A stretch of 64,000 nucleotides of DNA from Octopus sinensis (Eukaryota): NCBI RefSeq assembly GCF_006345805.1, contig NC_043001.1, forward strand, positions 8,928,001 to 8,992,000, in the 5' to 3' direction. Positions 14,280 to 27,307 of the stretch are shown piece by piece. Within the stretch, counting starts at the first letter, position 1; each line of letters begins with the position of its first letter. Both the position numbers and the translations under genes were made by a program. The notes beneath the pieces were generated by a model, which saw only the letters and a list, made by a program, of their open reading frames with translations, had not been told where the DNA came from and searched no databases.

Positions 14280-14557
14280 TTAGACTGCGGCCGCGCTGCA
14301 GCATCGCCTTCTGGAATTTTAGACAATCACTAGGCCCCAGAACGTTTTTTTCTTCTTTATTTCATTGAAGCATGGCACTTATATGATCCTTGTCTTTCGC
14401 TGAACCGCTAAGTTGTGGTGACGTAAACACACCAAAACCGGTTCGATGGCAGTCACTAGGAACAAGCACAAATACAAAGAGATACACATATGTAAAAAAA
14501 CCACATACACAAAGTCACACATACAAACGTATATACACGCACACACATTCACACACA

Positions 14558-14588
<31 letters not shown>

Positions 14589-14642
14589 TATATATATATG
14601 TATATATATAATATGCATATATATATATGCATATATATATGC

Positions 14643-14712
<70 letters not shown>

Positions 14713-15105
14713 ATGCATATGCTCAGCGGTATTTCGTCTGCCTTTACGTTCTGAGTTCAAATTCCACCGGTGTCGACATTGCCTTTCATACGTTCGGGGT
14801 AGATTAAATAAGGACTGGGGGTCAATGTAATCGACTTAATCCCTTTGTGTGTCCTTGTTTGTCCCCTCTACGTTTAGCTCCCTGTGGAAATATACATATA
14901 TATATATATACATACACGCAAATATATATGTATATATAGATACAATGTGCTTCTTTCAGTTTCCGTTCACCAAATACCCTCACAAGTCTTTGGTCCACGC
15001 GAGACTATAAAAGGAAACCCTTGCCCATGTAGTCATGCAGTAGGACTGAACCTGGAACCAAGCGCCTAGGAAGCAAGTTGCCTACCACACAAAAATGCGT
15101 GTGCG
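14280..15105 (-). mobile_element. SINE B interrupted in its internal microsatellite by a SINE A
   Basis: B 3' part at 14280-14530 and B 5' part at 14945-15105. Confidence 0.75.
14722..14892 (+). mobile_element. 5'-truncated SINE A inside SINE B
   Basis: cggtatttcgtctgcc...gttcaaattcc...ttagctccctgtgg. Confidence 0.85.
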
Positions 15106-15511
15106 TATACCTAGACATTTTAGTATTGAAGTAATGATAACTATCAAATTGTATGCAATACGCAATTTCAATCGTAAGCTAGGATTGAAGATTATAATAT
15201 GTGGTATTAAGTTGGAATACATTTGTGTAAATGGTTTAATGCGGTGATTTGAAGATTGATAAAACCGCACTAAAAGGTATTATAAATATGATAAAGCTTT
15301 TGTCGAAATAAATCATTGCTCGTTTCTAGAAAATACTGAAATACGCAAATTGATTCAAGTTATATGCGTCACATCTCCGAACCATTCCTTGCAAAACGAA
15401 GATATCCGATGTAGCTATATGTGTGTAAATGTCAGTGTATGCATGTATATTGTATATACATATATTGCATACACACTCATACATACACACTCATACATAC
15501 ACCACGCATAC

Positions 15512-15583
<72 letters not shown>

Positions 15584-15587
15584 TATA

Positions 15588-15680
15588 TATAGGGAGAGTT
15601 TACGAAAAAAACCAAAAGACGAAGACATGTGGTGTACAGAACAAACAGATGTATTAGTATAACGCTCAAGAATAGAAATA
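15588..15680 (-). mobile_element. Fragment of the repeat at 20905-21100
   Basis: Reverse complement of ~21010-21100; embedded in (TA)n. Confidence 0.75.
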
Positions 15681-16599
15681 TATATATATGTATGTATATA
15701 AATATGAATATATATATGTATGTGTGTATATTTATAGTTATATACATACACATATATATATATATATCAGAAAAGCAGACAGGAAGAAGAAAATAGATAA
15801 ATAAATAAGGCAATGTTCATTTTTGCAAACGTAACGAACGACGGACGGAGCATCGTAAAATCTGCAGGTAGCAGCCGACACGGAAGTGCTATGCTCTTGA
15901 GAAATGAGTCACACTTTGATTTGACGCCGTATTATCGTTATCTAACATTAACGACTCGAATCCACTTAATGTGAATATTCTATATTTGTTTCACTGTTTG
16001 TCTCTCGTTTTCGCTCACTTATTTTGTTTATTGATAACATCTTTGAAAGTATTTCTGAAAAACCTTGAACAAATTGTTATATATTTTCCCTTAGGGTGCA
16101 CTGCTGGTTTTCAGCTTTAGAATAATCAAGAGTAATTGTTTACGGTACAATTGGCAATTTGTTTCCATGTTATTTATTTGAAAGAGAAGTTTTAAGCGTG
16201 TTGTTGCTGTTGTTGCTGTTATTGTTCTTGTCTTTGCTATTGTTGTTTTTGATGTTGTTGCTGTTGGTTTTGTTGTTGCATTCAGAGATTTAACAGATCA
16301 TTCCTGACTTATAGACTTGAAATAGTTAATGATCAACTCTAATTTATATATCTATGTGAGTATTTTGATATCGAGGCCCTGCATCTAGTAATGGGAATCT
16401 GGTTCAGTAGTTTCGTGCGTGCGAGGAGTGTGGAACCGTCTCTTAGACACCATTGTCTTCAACTCTGTTCTAAGGTATCGGGATCCCATCTAAGGAATAA
16501 ATCAGGACCCCAACAAAGGATTTCTTAGAATTGTGTTCGAAATGAAAGGTCGCACGCACAAACAGCTACGGCCCACAGCAGATGGGGGAACTCAGCTCT

Positions 16600-17350
16600 T
16601 TAGCTGTTCACGAAAAGGAATGTGACATCATACAAACCCTGCATCTTGATAACTTCTAGAATCGTGGTCACAACATGTGGCTCCTTCATGGTTTTCTTGA
16701 GGGTCAGGTTCGAGTGACCATGCCCAAGAGTGTTATCATAGGTCAAGAACGGATATGTCTTATCGCATGTCCCGCAAGAGCTAGATGACACTTTCCGTTG
16801 AGATTTGATTCTTCGGAAGACGGCTACATAAAATCTTGTTAATTGTGTCCGACTGCCAAGAGATATTAAAGGCAGTATGCAAGAAACCATCACTCTACCG
16901 TCTCTTGTGACTAGATTCAAAGCTGTAGTTTTTCTGTTGGCGATGCCAGTATTTTGAATATTATGATAGCCGTCATTGATTTCAGAGACCCAGTCCCAAT
17001 TTCTACTTCTTCTGATTTGCATTTGTCGGTTGCAACAAATGCCATGTGACTAGTAACTAAGCGGATGAAAGATTTGTATGATGTTACAATGTTACGTTCC
17101 AATTCATGAACAGCTAAAGAGCTAAGTTCCCCCATCTCCCGCGGGTCATTGCGTTTTGTGCGTGTATATAAGTGTATATATAAGGAATGAAGGGTAAAAA
17201 AGACATTTACAATCTGTTTAGCTGATCGTAATGACCTGAGGATCAGCTAAATATGTTTTGTGTGTCTTACAAGTTATGTAACAAAGAGCGTTCAGCTTCG
17301 AAACATATGTAGTCGTTTTATACCTTTCCCATTTCTTACTTACTGACATT
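16600..17350. mobile_element. Degenerate Penelope-like element: minus-strand coding remnant plus pLTR-like region with hammerhead
   Basis: Minus ORF has LPLISL and SCGTCDKTYPFL, loosely like the Cys-rich linker upstream of the PLE GIY-YIG domain; HHR and inverted segment at 17180-17340. Confidence 0.45.
17230..17317 (+). ncRNA. Type I hammerhead ribozyme, core intact
   Basis: Stem I aatgac/gtcgtt; CTGAGGA 17236-17242; agct/agct stem II base; GAAAC-atat-GTA 17300-17311. Confidence 0.65.
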
Positions 17351-17561
17351 TTTATTCGCATATCTAGCAATCTTATTTCTTAAAATGTCAGCCAATCGAA
17401 GTTTCCATTGATTTCAATATGGCGCGAATGTATAGCATAGGACGGTTATAAAACGTATATTGTCATCATTTGTCATTTATACACACTGTGTACACGCATA
17501 AAACTTACTGATTCCCTAAACCGGTGTATTTCGGATAATATATATATATATATTCGCGTAC

Positions 17562-17770
17562 CCCTTCACATACATCTCAAGGAGATTCAACGTGACACAG
17601 AGTGTGACAGGGCTGGCCCCTTGAAGTACAGGTACAACTCACTTTTGCCAGTTGAGTGGACTAGAGCAACGTGAAATAAAGTGTATTGCTCAAGAACAGA
17701 GTGCACAGCCGCGAATTGAACTCGAAACTCTACGATCGTGAGCCGAATGCTCTAACCACCAAGTCACGCA
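17562..17770 (-). mobile_element. SINE E: D-type head with C-type body
   Basis: ttgagcaatacactttatttcacg segment as in the 38270 copy; gtacctgtacttcaaggggccagccctgtcacactctgtgtcacg as in family C. Confidence 0.75.
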
Positions 17771-17771
17771 C

Positions 17772-17836
<65 letters not shown>

Positions 17837-17889
17837 CATATATATATATGTATGTGTGTGTGTATGTATGTATGTATGTATACACATAC

Positions 17890-18058
17890 GTAAACGATGG
17901 GCTTCTTTCAGTTTCCGACTACTGATTCCACTCACAAGAGTTTGGTCGAACCGAGGCTATAATAGAAGACACTTGCCGAAGTTGGCACGTGCCGGAACAG
18001 AAACTGAGATAATATGGTCGGAAAACAAACTTCTCACCACACAGCCACGCCTGCGCCT
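17890..18058 (-). mobile_element. SINE B 5' half
   Basis: ggcgcaggcgtggctgtgtgg head through ggaaactgaaagaagccc. Confidence 0.85.
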
Positions 18059-18814
18059 ATACCACACCACACAGTCATGTCACTCTTTTCATTCTTTTGG
18101 TTTCAAAATCCCCGTTAATAAAAACAAGGACCTTCTCGTGAATGATTCAAAGAGTGTCGTTGGACATCATAGAACACTGGTTAATGATTTCAATAAGAAA
18201 AATATATCCCCGGCTTCTTTTCTTCATTGCAAGGAATCGCTTAATTTCACTTCTAAACAACGCAGTATTTCATGAATTTCTTGGCTATCAGCAGCTGCCT
18301 GCATTGCTACAATAAACTTAAGAGCACACTTTAGCCAACGTGAAATATTTATCCTGTTAATCCGATTCAAGTCCTTCTAATAGTAAAGAAGTTTTGATAA
18401 TTCATATTGCTGATTACTTTCGGATAATATTTTTGTTGTTAGTATTGGTAAGCAAGAGTGCTTTATAAAGATAGGACCTTCACCCGATCAATAATGCATC
18501 TTAGAATTTATCATAAGCATGCTGTTGAATTTCTAAAGATTTATTGAAATTGTTCAAAACATCTCTCAAATTCAATTCCTATTGACTTACGCTTGTTGCG
18601 CATGCACATACACGAATTCAATTCCTTCTGCGTGTTTCAATAAGTATATGCTAATTTCTCTCCATTGCACAGAATGTCCGTACATTCTTTCATTCTGATT
18701 ACCAATATGGCAGAGAAACAGATTTTTTCGCAAAATACTGTCTTCCATATTCTCAAGAATTATAGTCCTGCAAAACTTTAGCTACTGAATGTGTAAAATA
18801 CTAAACAGAAGATA

Positions 18815-19459
18815 TTCTTTTCTACTCTAGGCACAAGGTTCGAAATTTTGGGGAAGGCGGTCAGTCGATTAGATTGACACCAGTACGCAACTGGTTCTTA
18901 ATTTATTGACCCCGAAAGGATGAAAGGCAAAGTCGACCTCTACGGAATTTGAACTCAGACCGTAGTGACAGACGAAATGCTGCTAAGTATTTCGCCCGGC
19001 GTGCTAACGTTTCTGCCAGCTCACCGCCTTACTAAAACGAAAGATATGTGTTCCTTTATTGCCCACAGGGGACAAAGGAGACAAAGAAGGAAAGATAAAT
19101 GGTTTATGTCGAATACATCGACCCCAGTGCGTAACTGGTACTTATTTGATCGACCCTGAAATGATGAAAGACAAAGTCGACCTCGGCGGGATTTGAACTC
19201 AGCACGTAAAGACAGACGAAATACCTATTTCATTAGTACCCACAAGGGACTATACACAGAGAGGACAAACAAAGACAGACAAACGGATTAAGTCGATTAT
19301 AGCGACCCCAGTGTGTAACTGGTACTTATTTAAATCAACCCCGAAAGGATGAAAGGCAAAGTCGACCTCGGCAGAATTTGAACTCAGAACGTAGCAGCAG
19401 GCGAAATGCCGCAAAGCATTTCGCCCGGCTTGCTAATGTTTCTGCCAGCTCGCCGCCTT
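18815..19459 (-). mobile_element. SINE A cluster: monomer (18815-19028) plus dimer (19050-19457)
   Basis: Three A cores; a tactaaa..gaa flank recurs at 18799, 19030 and 19459. Confidence 0.9.
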
Positions 19460-19849
19460 ACTAAAGCAGAAAATAATTGATAGACAAATGAAGTCACTTC
19501 AACTTGAAACACTATGTATATTTCTATGAAAAAATGGAGAGGAATTTATCAGGGTAGTCGGTTACAGGAACTCCCAGTTCTAAACAGGTACGTATTTCAT
19601 CGCCCTCGAATGGATGCAATGCGACGTAGACTTCGTCGGAATTATCACTTTGGATGTACGGACACACGAAACGCCGCTAATCATATTTTTCGGCATGTTA
19701 ACGATTTTGCCAGTTCATTGCCTTCATATATACTAGCCGTAAGTATGACTTACTTCCGATATCTTTCTTTACATATCACGTTTCTGTATTTGGTGGTTAT
19801 TTCTTCTCTATTACGAAATCATGTTCATTAAAGAAACATCAGCTATGCT

Positions 19850-20520
19850 GGTTGTTTTTATAGGATAGACTACTCCATTTGTCAATGTAGAAGTCACTTT
19901 GAAGAGTATACGGATGCTTAAAATTTTGCTGGCATTTACACATCATCTGTTCTGGGCTGCTAATGTAAAGTGGGTACGTCTCTGGATGTATATTACGGGT
20001 AATCAGATATAGACTCCTTTCCAACAATTTCCATTCTAACTCACGTTTCATGTATGTAGACACATGATCCATGAGAGGACTTAGACGGTTGGCAGTCAGT
20101 GGATGACGTTGAAGGAATATTATGCGAAAACTAACGGCTGGTTTCGATGAGTGCCACTTCTACCACCTGCTTTCGTTTAAAGTAAAGGCTATGTATATCA
20201 TTGTGGGTATCGAAATTTCTGGTAGAAGTTTTCACTTTGGAAGTTTTAATAACAATTTGGATCTCATCTAGTGACCTACTGAACAGCCCAAATTCTTTCG
20301 GGACGAGGTCGGCAGAAAAATTGTGAGATATGAATTTATTGCATGCAGGAATTTGTATGGACCTTCCCTTTATTAACCTGGCGTTAAACTCCCCCTCCTT
20401 TACACGGTCCTTACTACAGGTTCTATCATAGGAAATATTTTCATCAATTTTTAAGTATTTATGTAGAATTTCTCATCGGCTGACGAGACAATATTCAGAC
20501 CATCGCTAGTAACGTCTTAA
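19850..20520 (-). mobile_element. Highly degenerate LINE fragment, RTE/L2-like pre-RT region
   Basis: SLDEIQIVIKTSK resembles the PTxxEVxxAIKxLK motif; heavily disrupted. Confidence 0.3.
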
Positions 20521-20904
20521 GAAGCGATTGTGATCCTTCATCGCTCTACAACCATGTAAGAACACATATCCTGGTCAAACTACATTTCTGTATCTTCGCG
20601 ATTGTCCTAAGATGGCTCTATCGTTTCTTAATAGCAGCCATATTCTTGGTGTATATTTAGAAATTGTCTACATGTTGGCCAATCAGATTTTCTTGAAGTA
20701 CTAGAGCAGGGAGTGTATTGAAAGTATAAAGGGCCATAGGCATCGGGACACATTCGCCCCGTCATATTCCTCCACGATACTGTACCCTATCACTGCACAC
20801 TGTACTATGGCATGCAACTAATTTCTTGTGGTCTAGAAAGAAATGAGATTTTCAATTGCGTTGATCATAGCACGCATATATATACATTTATATGTTTATA
20901 TTCA

Positions 20905-21100
20905 CAGATCGTTAGCCACTACACACATTTTTTCTCTCCTTGATTCTCTCCTTGTTTTTTCTGAGTCCCTTTCTGTAGAAGAGCGTAGGCTCGAAACGTA
21001 AAATTCTCTTTTCTATTCCTGGGCGTTATACTAATACATCTGTTTGTTTTGTACACCGCCTGTCTTCGTCTTTTGTTTTATTCGTAAACTCTCCCTATAT
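20905..21100 (+). mobile_element. Short Penelope pLTR-like repeat with a hammerhead-variant motif
   Basis: ctgtaga-a-gagc-gtag-gctc-GAAAC-GTA at 20973-21000; related copies at 15588 and ~63570. Confidence 0.55.
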
Positions 21101-21109
21101 TCAGAGATA

Positions 21110-21245
21110 GGTGTATACATGCATATGTACGTACATATGTATGTATATATGTATGCACGTACGTATGTATGTATGCATGTATGTATGTAGGTAGGTAGGT
21201 ATGTATGTAATGTAGGTATGTAGGTAGGTAGGTATGTATGTAGGC
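21110..21245. repeat. (TATG)n/(TAGG)n tetranucleotide repeat
   Basis: Directly visible. Confidence 0.9.
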
Positions 21246-22159
21246 TTATATTTCTTGTTGTTTAGGGAGTGACTTTTATCTTCGTTTCAATATTTTATAT
21301 CCGAGGTTTTATTAAATTTTATATATTTAGATTTGTTATTGTTTGTGAAAATTAGACGTCGGACAGACATGTATGGGCTATGAACCATGCAACTTAAGAA
21401 TCTGAAAGAATTATTTAAGGTTGATATAGTCAAAATACAATGCGGTGTTCTTAAACTGAGGCCGTATTATTTATGAGTGATAGCACAATAGAAGATCTGT
21501 TTTATTCCAACCTATTATATCATTATACGAAGTCCATTTGAATACTGAAGCAATGCCTATTAGAATTTTTTTTTAATGAAACTCGAATGATAACAAGTGT
21601 TGCCGACAAGATATGATCGCAGATATTTACATATATGAAAATTAGAAATAAAACAAATTATATATTAAACAAAAAAAAACATCTCATTATTCAAAAAGTA
21701 GACATAAATTAATAAATTCCTTGTTTTATCTTGTTATTTTTTTCTTAGCATTATAATTTGTTTTCCTTCTAATATTCTAATTCTTTCTTTTTTCTTCATT
21801 TTTTGTATCTTTTTTACTAATTTTGTACCGAGGCATTGTTGCCAAAACTCTTTTATTACAAATTGCAAACTAGAGATATTAATGAATAAAATGAACATAA
21901 GGTGTTTGTAGCCACTCTTTCATGTTTGATTTTTAATATGAAATTACGAATAATATTTGGGCAAAATTTATCTTTATATTTCATATATTCAGATGAATTA
22001 TTTTATATAAATACTGGAGGAGTAGGAATTTTCCAAAATAAATACTTTAATATTCTCTTTCATAGAAATATGAGAAGGTTCTTTGATATATTTTTCCATC
22101 AGTATATGTAGCTCTATAGATTTCTGTATCTGAATGTATGTACATTTAGACACATATAA

Positions 22160-22240
<81 letters not shown>

Positions 22241-22949
22241 TGTGTGTGTCTGTGTAGATATACATATAAAAATATTTCGAAAAGGTAAGGCGAGCTGAGA
22301 AGCAAAATGAGCACAGAGAAGACAATTTCTTCATAGCTGTTTTTTCGGCCCTTAATTCCTTACTCTGTGAGTGGGTCGGACCACATCCACTTTATAAGTT
22401 CCAGCTACCCACCTACTGCCACATATTTTGTTACTGTTTGAAATTTAACGAGCACTCTCTTGAGTGATATACACAAAAACACTTAAGCACATGTAAAGTT
22501 ACCATTCCGTAGCAGACTTCAGCACTCTGCAAGCACTGGATTTATGTCTTTGAACTGAAGACATCTCTTTCTGTTCCTCACAAAAGATTCTGAGGACCTG
22601 AGAAAAATAAGATGTCACAGGCTGTTCTTTTCCTTCCCTGAGTAAGTGTCAATATATATACAGACATTTGTGCTTATAAGCATTCGTAAATACATACATG
22701 TATTCATATATTCTGAAGATCAAGAATGTGTAATTTGCATTCCTAAGCGGAAGGTGATACCTGCCATAATCTTATATATGTTGTGTGTGTGTATGTGTGA
22801 GTGTATGAGTGAGTGTGAGTGTGTGTGTGTGTGTGTGTATGTACCTACCTTAATTAGAGGTTAGAGAGTAGGGTTACAGGGCTGTGAGGCGCACCAGTCA
22901 AATTGTAGCGGAGGACGGTGGAGGATGCCTTTGAATATATTGACCTGAC

Positions 22950-23710
22950 CTGGAGCATGTTCTCAACAAGTCATGCGACGATGATGGGTGGACAAGTTGG
23001 GTGTTGATGGTGAGTGGAATGAGTTAACCTCTAACTGCGAAATTAGATTTCATTGTTATTGCAACAATGATGCTGAATATCTAACAATCATATAGAACTG
23101 GTATTTTCTATAAGTCAGTTTCTCCCAAAAGCACTTGATATATTTCGACCAAAACCAATTTCAAACATGACATTCTCCAACAAAGATACATTGGTATATA
23201 AAACTATTGAGAATAATTAAGTTATGAACTTTTCAGTGAATATATCTTATTTCTGCAGTCAAAGGATTAATACATGGCTTCGAAGTAGACATCTTGTTAT
23301 CCACTGAACTAGGGCAGCTGTCAAAATTTTAGAATTTACAGACAATTCATTTGATAAGTAAGATTTACTACTTTTTTTTATGATCATAATATTGAGATTA
23401 ATCTTATCTCTGAAGATCAGCTTAAATCTTTTAGCTGTTACGCTTTCGAGTGTGATATCGCTAAGTATTATATTAACAACTTGTACACGATTTTGATCTT
23501 TATTATTTTCTTCAAAATTTCTATTCATTCCCTCCAAGCATGTCCCATTTGGCTTTGCTATTCGATAACAGACCCTACTATTAAGATATAAACGAAAATT
23601 GAATATAATAGGTTTGCGTGTTAGTAAATTGCGAAAATTGCTCTCCCACATTTCAAATGTTTTCGTTGTTCCAATACACGGTCTAAGATCAAGTGACTTA
23701 GCAAACACGA
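22950..23710 (-). mobile_element. Possible hAT (Charlie-like) transposase C-terminal fossil
   Basis: 149-aa non-repetitive ORF with loose resemblance to hAT C-terminal regions; no catalytic motif confirmed. Confidence 0.25.
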
Positions 23711-23989
23711 ATTACTCCTAATCACAGACACACACACACACACACACACATACAGTCCCCCCACACACATACAGACACACACACACACAGAGGCATGCCG
23801 CGTACAAATACACACATGTATGTATTTGATAGCCAGTTGACTCAGCCCCATATTATTTGAGGCGTTGTGGGCGTAAAACACGCATACATGATCAAATATG
23901 TATATTTAATGCTTCTGCATATACCTATGTCCCCATATACGCACGTACAGGCATATGCGTGTACATATGCATGCAAATTTATGAATATA

Positions 23990-24033
23990 CGTGTATTTGC
24001 AAATATGTAAGTGTATACATGTATGTATATATA

Positions 24034-24071
<38 letters not shown>

Positions 24072-24133
24072 TATGTATATATATATATATATGTATACAT
24101 ATATATATATATATACGTGTATATGAAAATTTG

Positions 24134-24209
<76 letters not shown>

Positions 24210-24470
24210 TAGAATATATGTGTGTAAGTCTGTATATATATATATATATATATGGTAGAATATATGTGTGTGTGTCTGTATATATATGTGCGTGTGTGTA
24301 TGTATATGATAGAATATGTATGAGTGTATAATCTGTATATGCGTATATATAAGTATGTATATTTATATGTATGTACGTTTGTAGGCACGTATGTAAGTAT
24401 GTATGCCGGCTCATACACATTTATATGTTTGTGTAAGAGTGTGTGTATGTGTATATCTGTGTGCGTGTCT
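23990..24470. repeat. (TA)n/(TG)n microsatellite with a repeated tggtagaatatatgtgtgt unit
   Basis: Directly visible. Confidence 0.9.
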
Positions 24471-25599
24471 ATGGGTTTTTTTTTCTATTTGTAGGAGGAA
24501 ATAATTAAATTGAATTTGAGCAACAGTGAAAGTAATGCAGAATGAACTGGAGCAAATGAGAGGGGCGTGTGTCTGCGCACTTGTTTAAAAACGATCAAAA
24601 GACAAATAATAAACAATAATTTTAAAACCAAGATGTTGTGGAAAGTATTATTAAACGAATTAATTCTATAATGTTATTTAAACAAGTACTTATGATCAAA
24701 AGCTTTTTAATTTAATGCTCTTTAAATTCTACAGCAAATACTTTTTCATCCATATACAATTTAAATGAACAAAAACTTTCATCGGAAGTTAATTAAAAGC
24801 ATGCAAATAAAGGCAGTGTGAGAGTTGTCCACTCGCAGACAATGTTAATATACTGTTTACTTGTGTGTTTTTTTTTCAACTCTGTATAAATATTATGCTC
24901 CACTATCGCTAACAACGTTTCTTAAATATACCTTATACTCTGTATTGTTTAGTGAGCATCGTAAGTGTTAATTTCAGTTTTCCTTACCAGCAGCTTATTC
25001 ATTGCACACAGCACCATCTAACCTTCCACAAAACAAGAATAAAATTTATATAATGGTTTCTTGATCTCCAAGCACTTTACAATATATGAATATAAAGATA
25101 GAAAATTTAACGTGAGAAAAAACCCCGCGGTAAATAAAACTTAGCCAATAATTGATTTTCAGCATATGTGCTGGGGATATATCGCTTAACAAGTCTCAAT
25201 ACTTAGAAGATTTTCAGATATTAAGTAATGAAATAAAAGTGGCGATGATCGTTTGACATTACGATTCTTACAAGAGAATCTACGGTTCGGATATCGAAAG
25301 GTTTCATAAAATTCATATTCAATGTCACAAACATTTTTTGATAATACACTTTTATATTTTGGAGAGGAAAAATATCAGGGAATTGAAAACTGTGATTTCG
25401 GGTAAATAAAGGAAATTTGGTGAATCATTTATAGTTTATGGGGCACCACCTGAAAGAAATTTTGTCGAATGAATCGATTTAAAACTGGCACTTATTTTGT
25501 CGGTCCCTTTCAACACACCGCTACGTCAGCTACGGACGCGTATATACCCCCACACCAGTTAAAAGTTCTTAATCTTGTAAGAAACTCACAATATATATA

Positions 25600-26106
<507 letters not shown>

Positions 26107-26437
26107 ATATACTGACATGGAAGTAAGATTTTTTTATACTCCTATTTCTTGCCATAAAGATGCTTGGACTCCCTCAGTCATAATTAGTGATGATAAATTT
26201 TTCCTTTCTGGTATGATATTGCGCCTAGCTGTTTATATTAATTTTTTGTATACGCATTAGCATTTCGCTAAATTAGCCATAACACTATGGTAAAAATATA
26301 GACATACTGACAACTTGATTCAGCCAGAGCATCAAGCCTAAGTGTGAAAGGCGAAACTAAGCTAGTCTAATAACCCTAGAGACGATCATAGAGACGCTCA
26401 CGGGGCGATTATCTCTGCTGTGATGTATATATATATA

Positions 26438-26475
<38 letters not shown>

Positions 26476-26711
26476 TTATTCTTTCCTTTTATATGCTTCA
26501 GTCATTTCACTGCGGTCATGCTGGAGCACCCCCTTTAGTCGAATGAATCGAGCCCAGGACTTATTCTTTGTAAGCCTCGTTAAGTTACGGAGACGAAAAC
26601 TCAACAACATCGGTTACCAAGCGATGGTGGGGGACAAACGCAGACACACAAATACATACATACACACACGCGCGTATACTCACAGACATATATATATATA
26701 TGTATATATAT

Positions 26712-27257
26712 CATAATGCAATACGAATGTATTACTTTCCACAAGGGTAAAATTATACATATAAAAGTAGATAAAAGGTACAAGGCATCAATATTTACTG
26801 GAAAATAGCAATCGATATAAATACGACGCTATTGTATAGCTTCACTGCGTATGTACTAGCAAAGACGCGTGTGTGTGCAACAAACATGAAAAAAATTTGT
26901 CTTACCTCTTGGAAGAACATCTGATAAATGGACAACCTAGAATCGGATAATGCAGGACCGGTTTCTGACTCTTCAAATACGTTTGACAACGTAAATTTGA
27001 TTAGTCTTCATCAGCTGCATTTACCTAGACAAGATTTCAAATGTTGCCGCATCAATACCAGTATACTCGTCTGAACGCCAAAACGTTAACAGAACGAGAA
27101 CAGTGAAGAAGTTTCAATGAAAATAATAATGCATTATCCGATTCTAGGTTGTCCATTTATCAGAAGTTCTTCTTAGAGGTAAGACAAATTTTTTTCATGT
27201 TTGTTACACACACGCGTCTTTGCTAGTATATACGCAGTGAAGCTATACAATAGCGTC

Positions 27258-27260
<3 letters not shown>
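26712..27260 (-). mobile_element. Non-autonomous Penelope-like/retrozyme-like element with an inverted partial copy
   Basis: Intact HHR at 26949-27021; inverted repeat 26822-26954 vs 27130-27260; flanked by (TA)n. Confidence 0.7.
26949..27021 (-). ncRNA. Type I hammerhead ribozyme, apparently intact
   Basis: aatgcag-CTGATGA-agactaatcaaatttacgttgtcaaacgtatttgaagagtca-GAAAC-cg-GTC-ctgcatt: 7-bp stem I, long stem II, minimal palindromic stem III. Confidence 0.85.

Positions 27261-27307
<47 letters not shown>

Noticed and set aside
18815-19460. Regularly spaced repeats resembling a CRISPR array
   Set aside because: Units are ~200-bp SINE copies, with no unique spacers and no cas genes, in eukaryotic DNA.
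26824-27258. Tc1/mariner-type MITE reading of the 130-bp inverted repeat with TA flanks
   Set aside because: Disfavoured, not excluded: non-SINE sequence continues ~110 bp beyond the left arm, the right TA is part of a microsatellite, and the inner boundary matches a hammerhead cleavage site.
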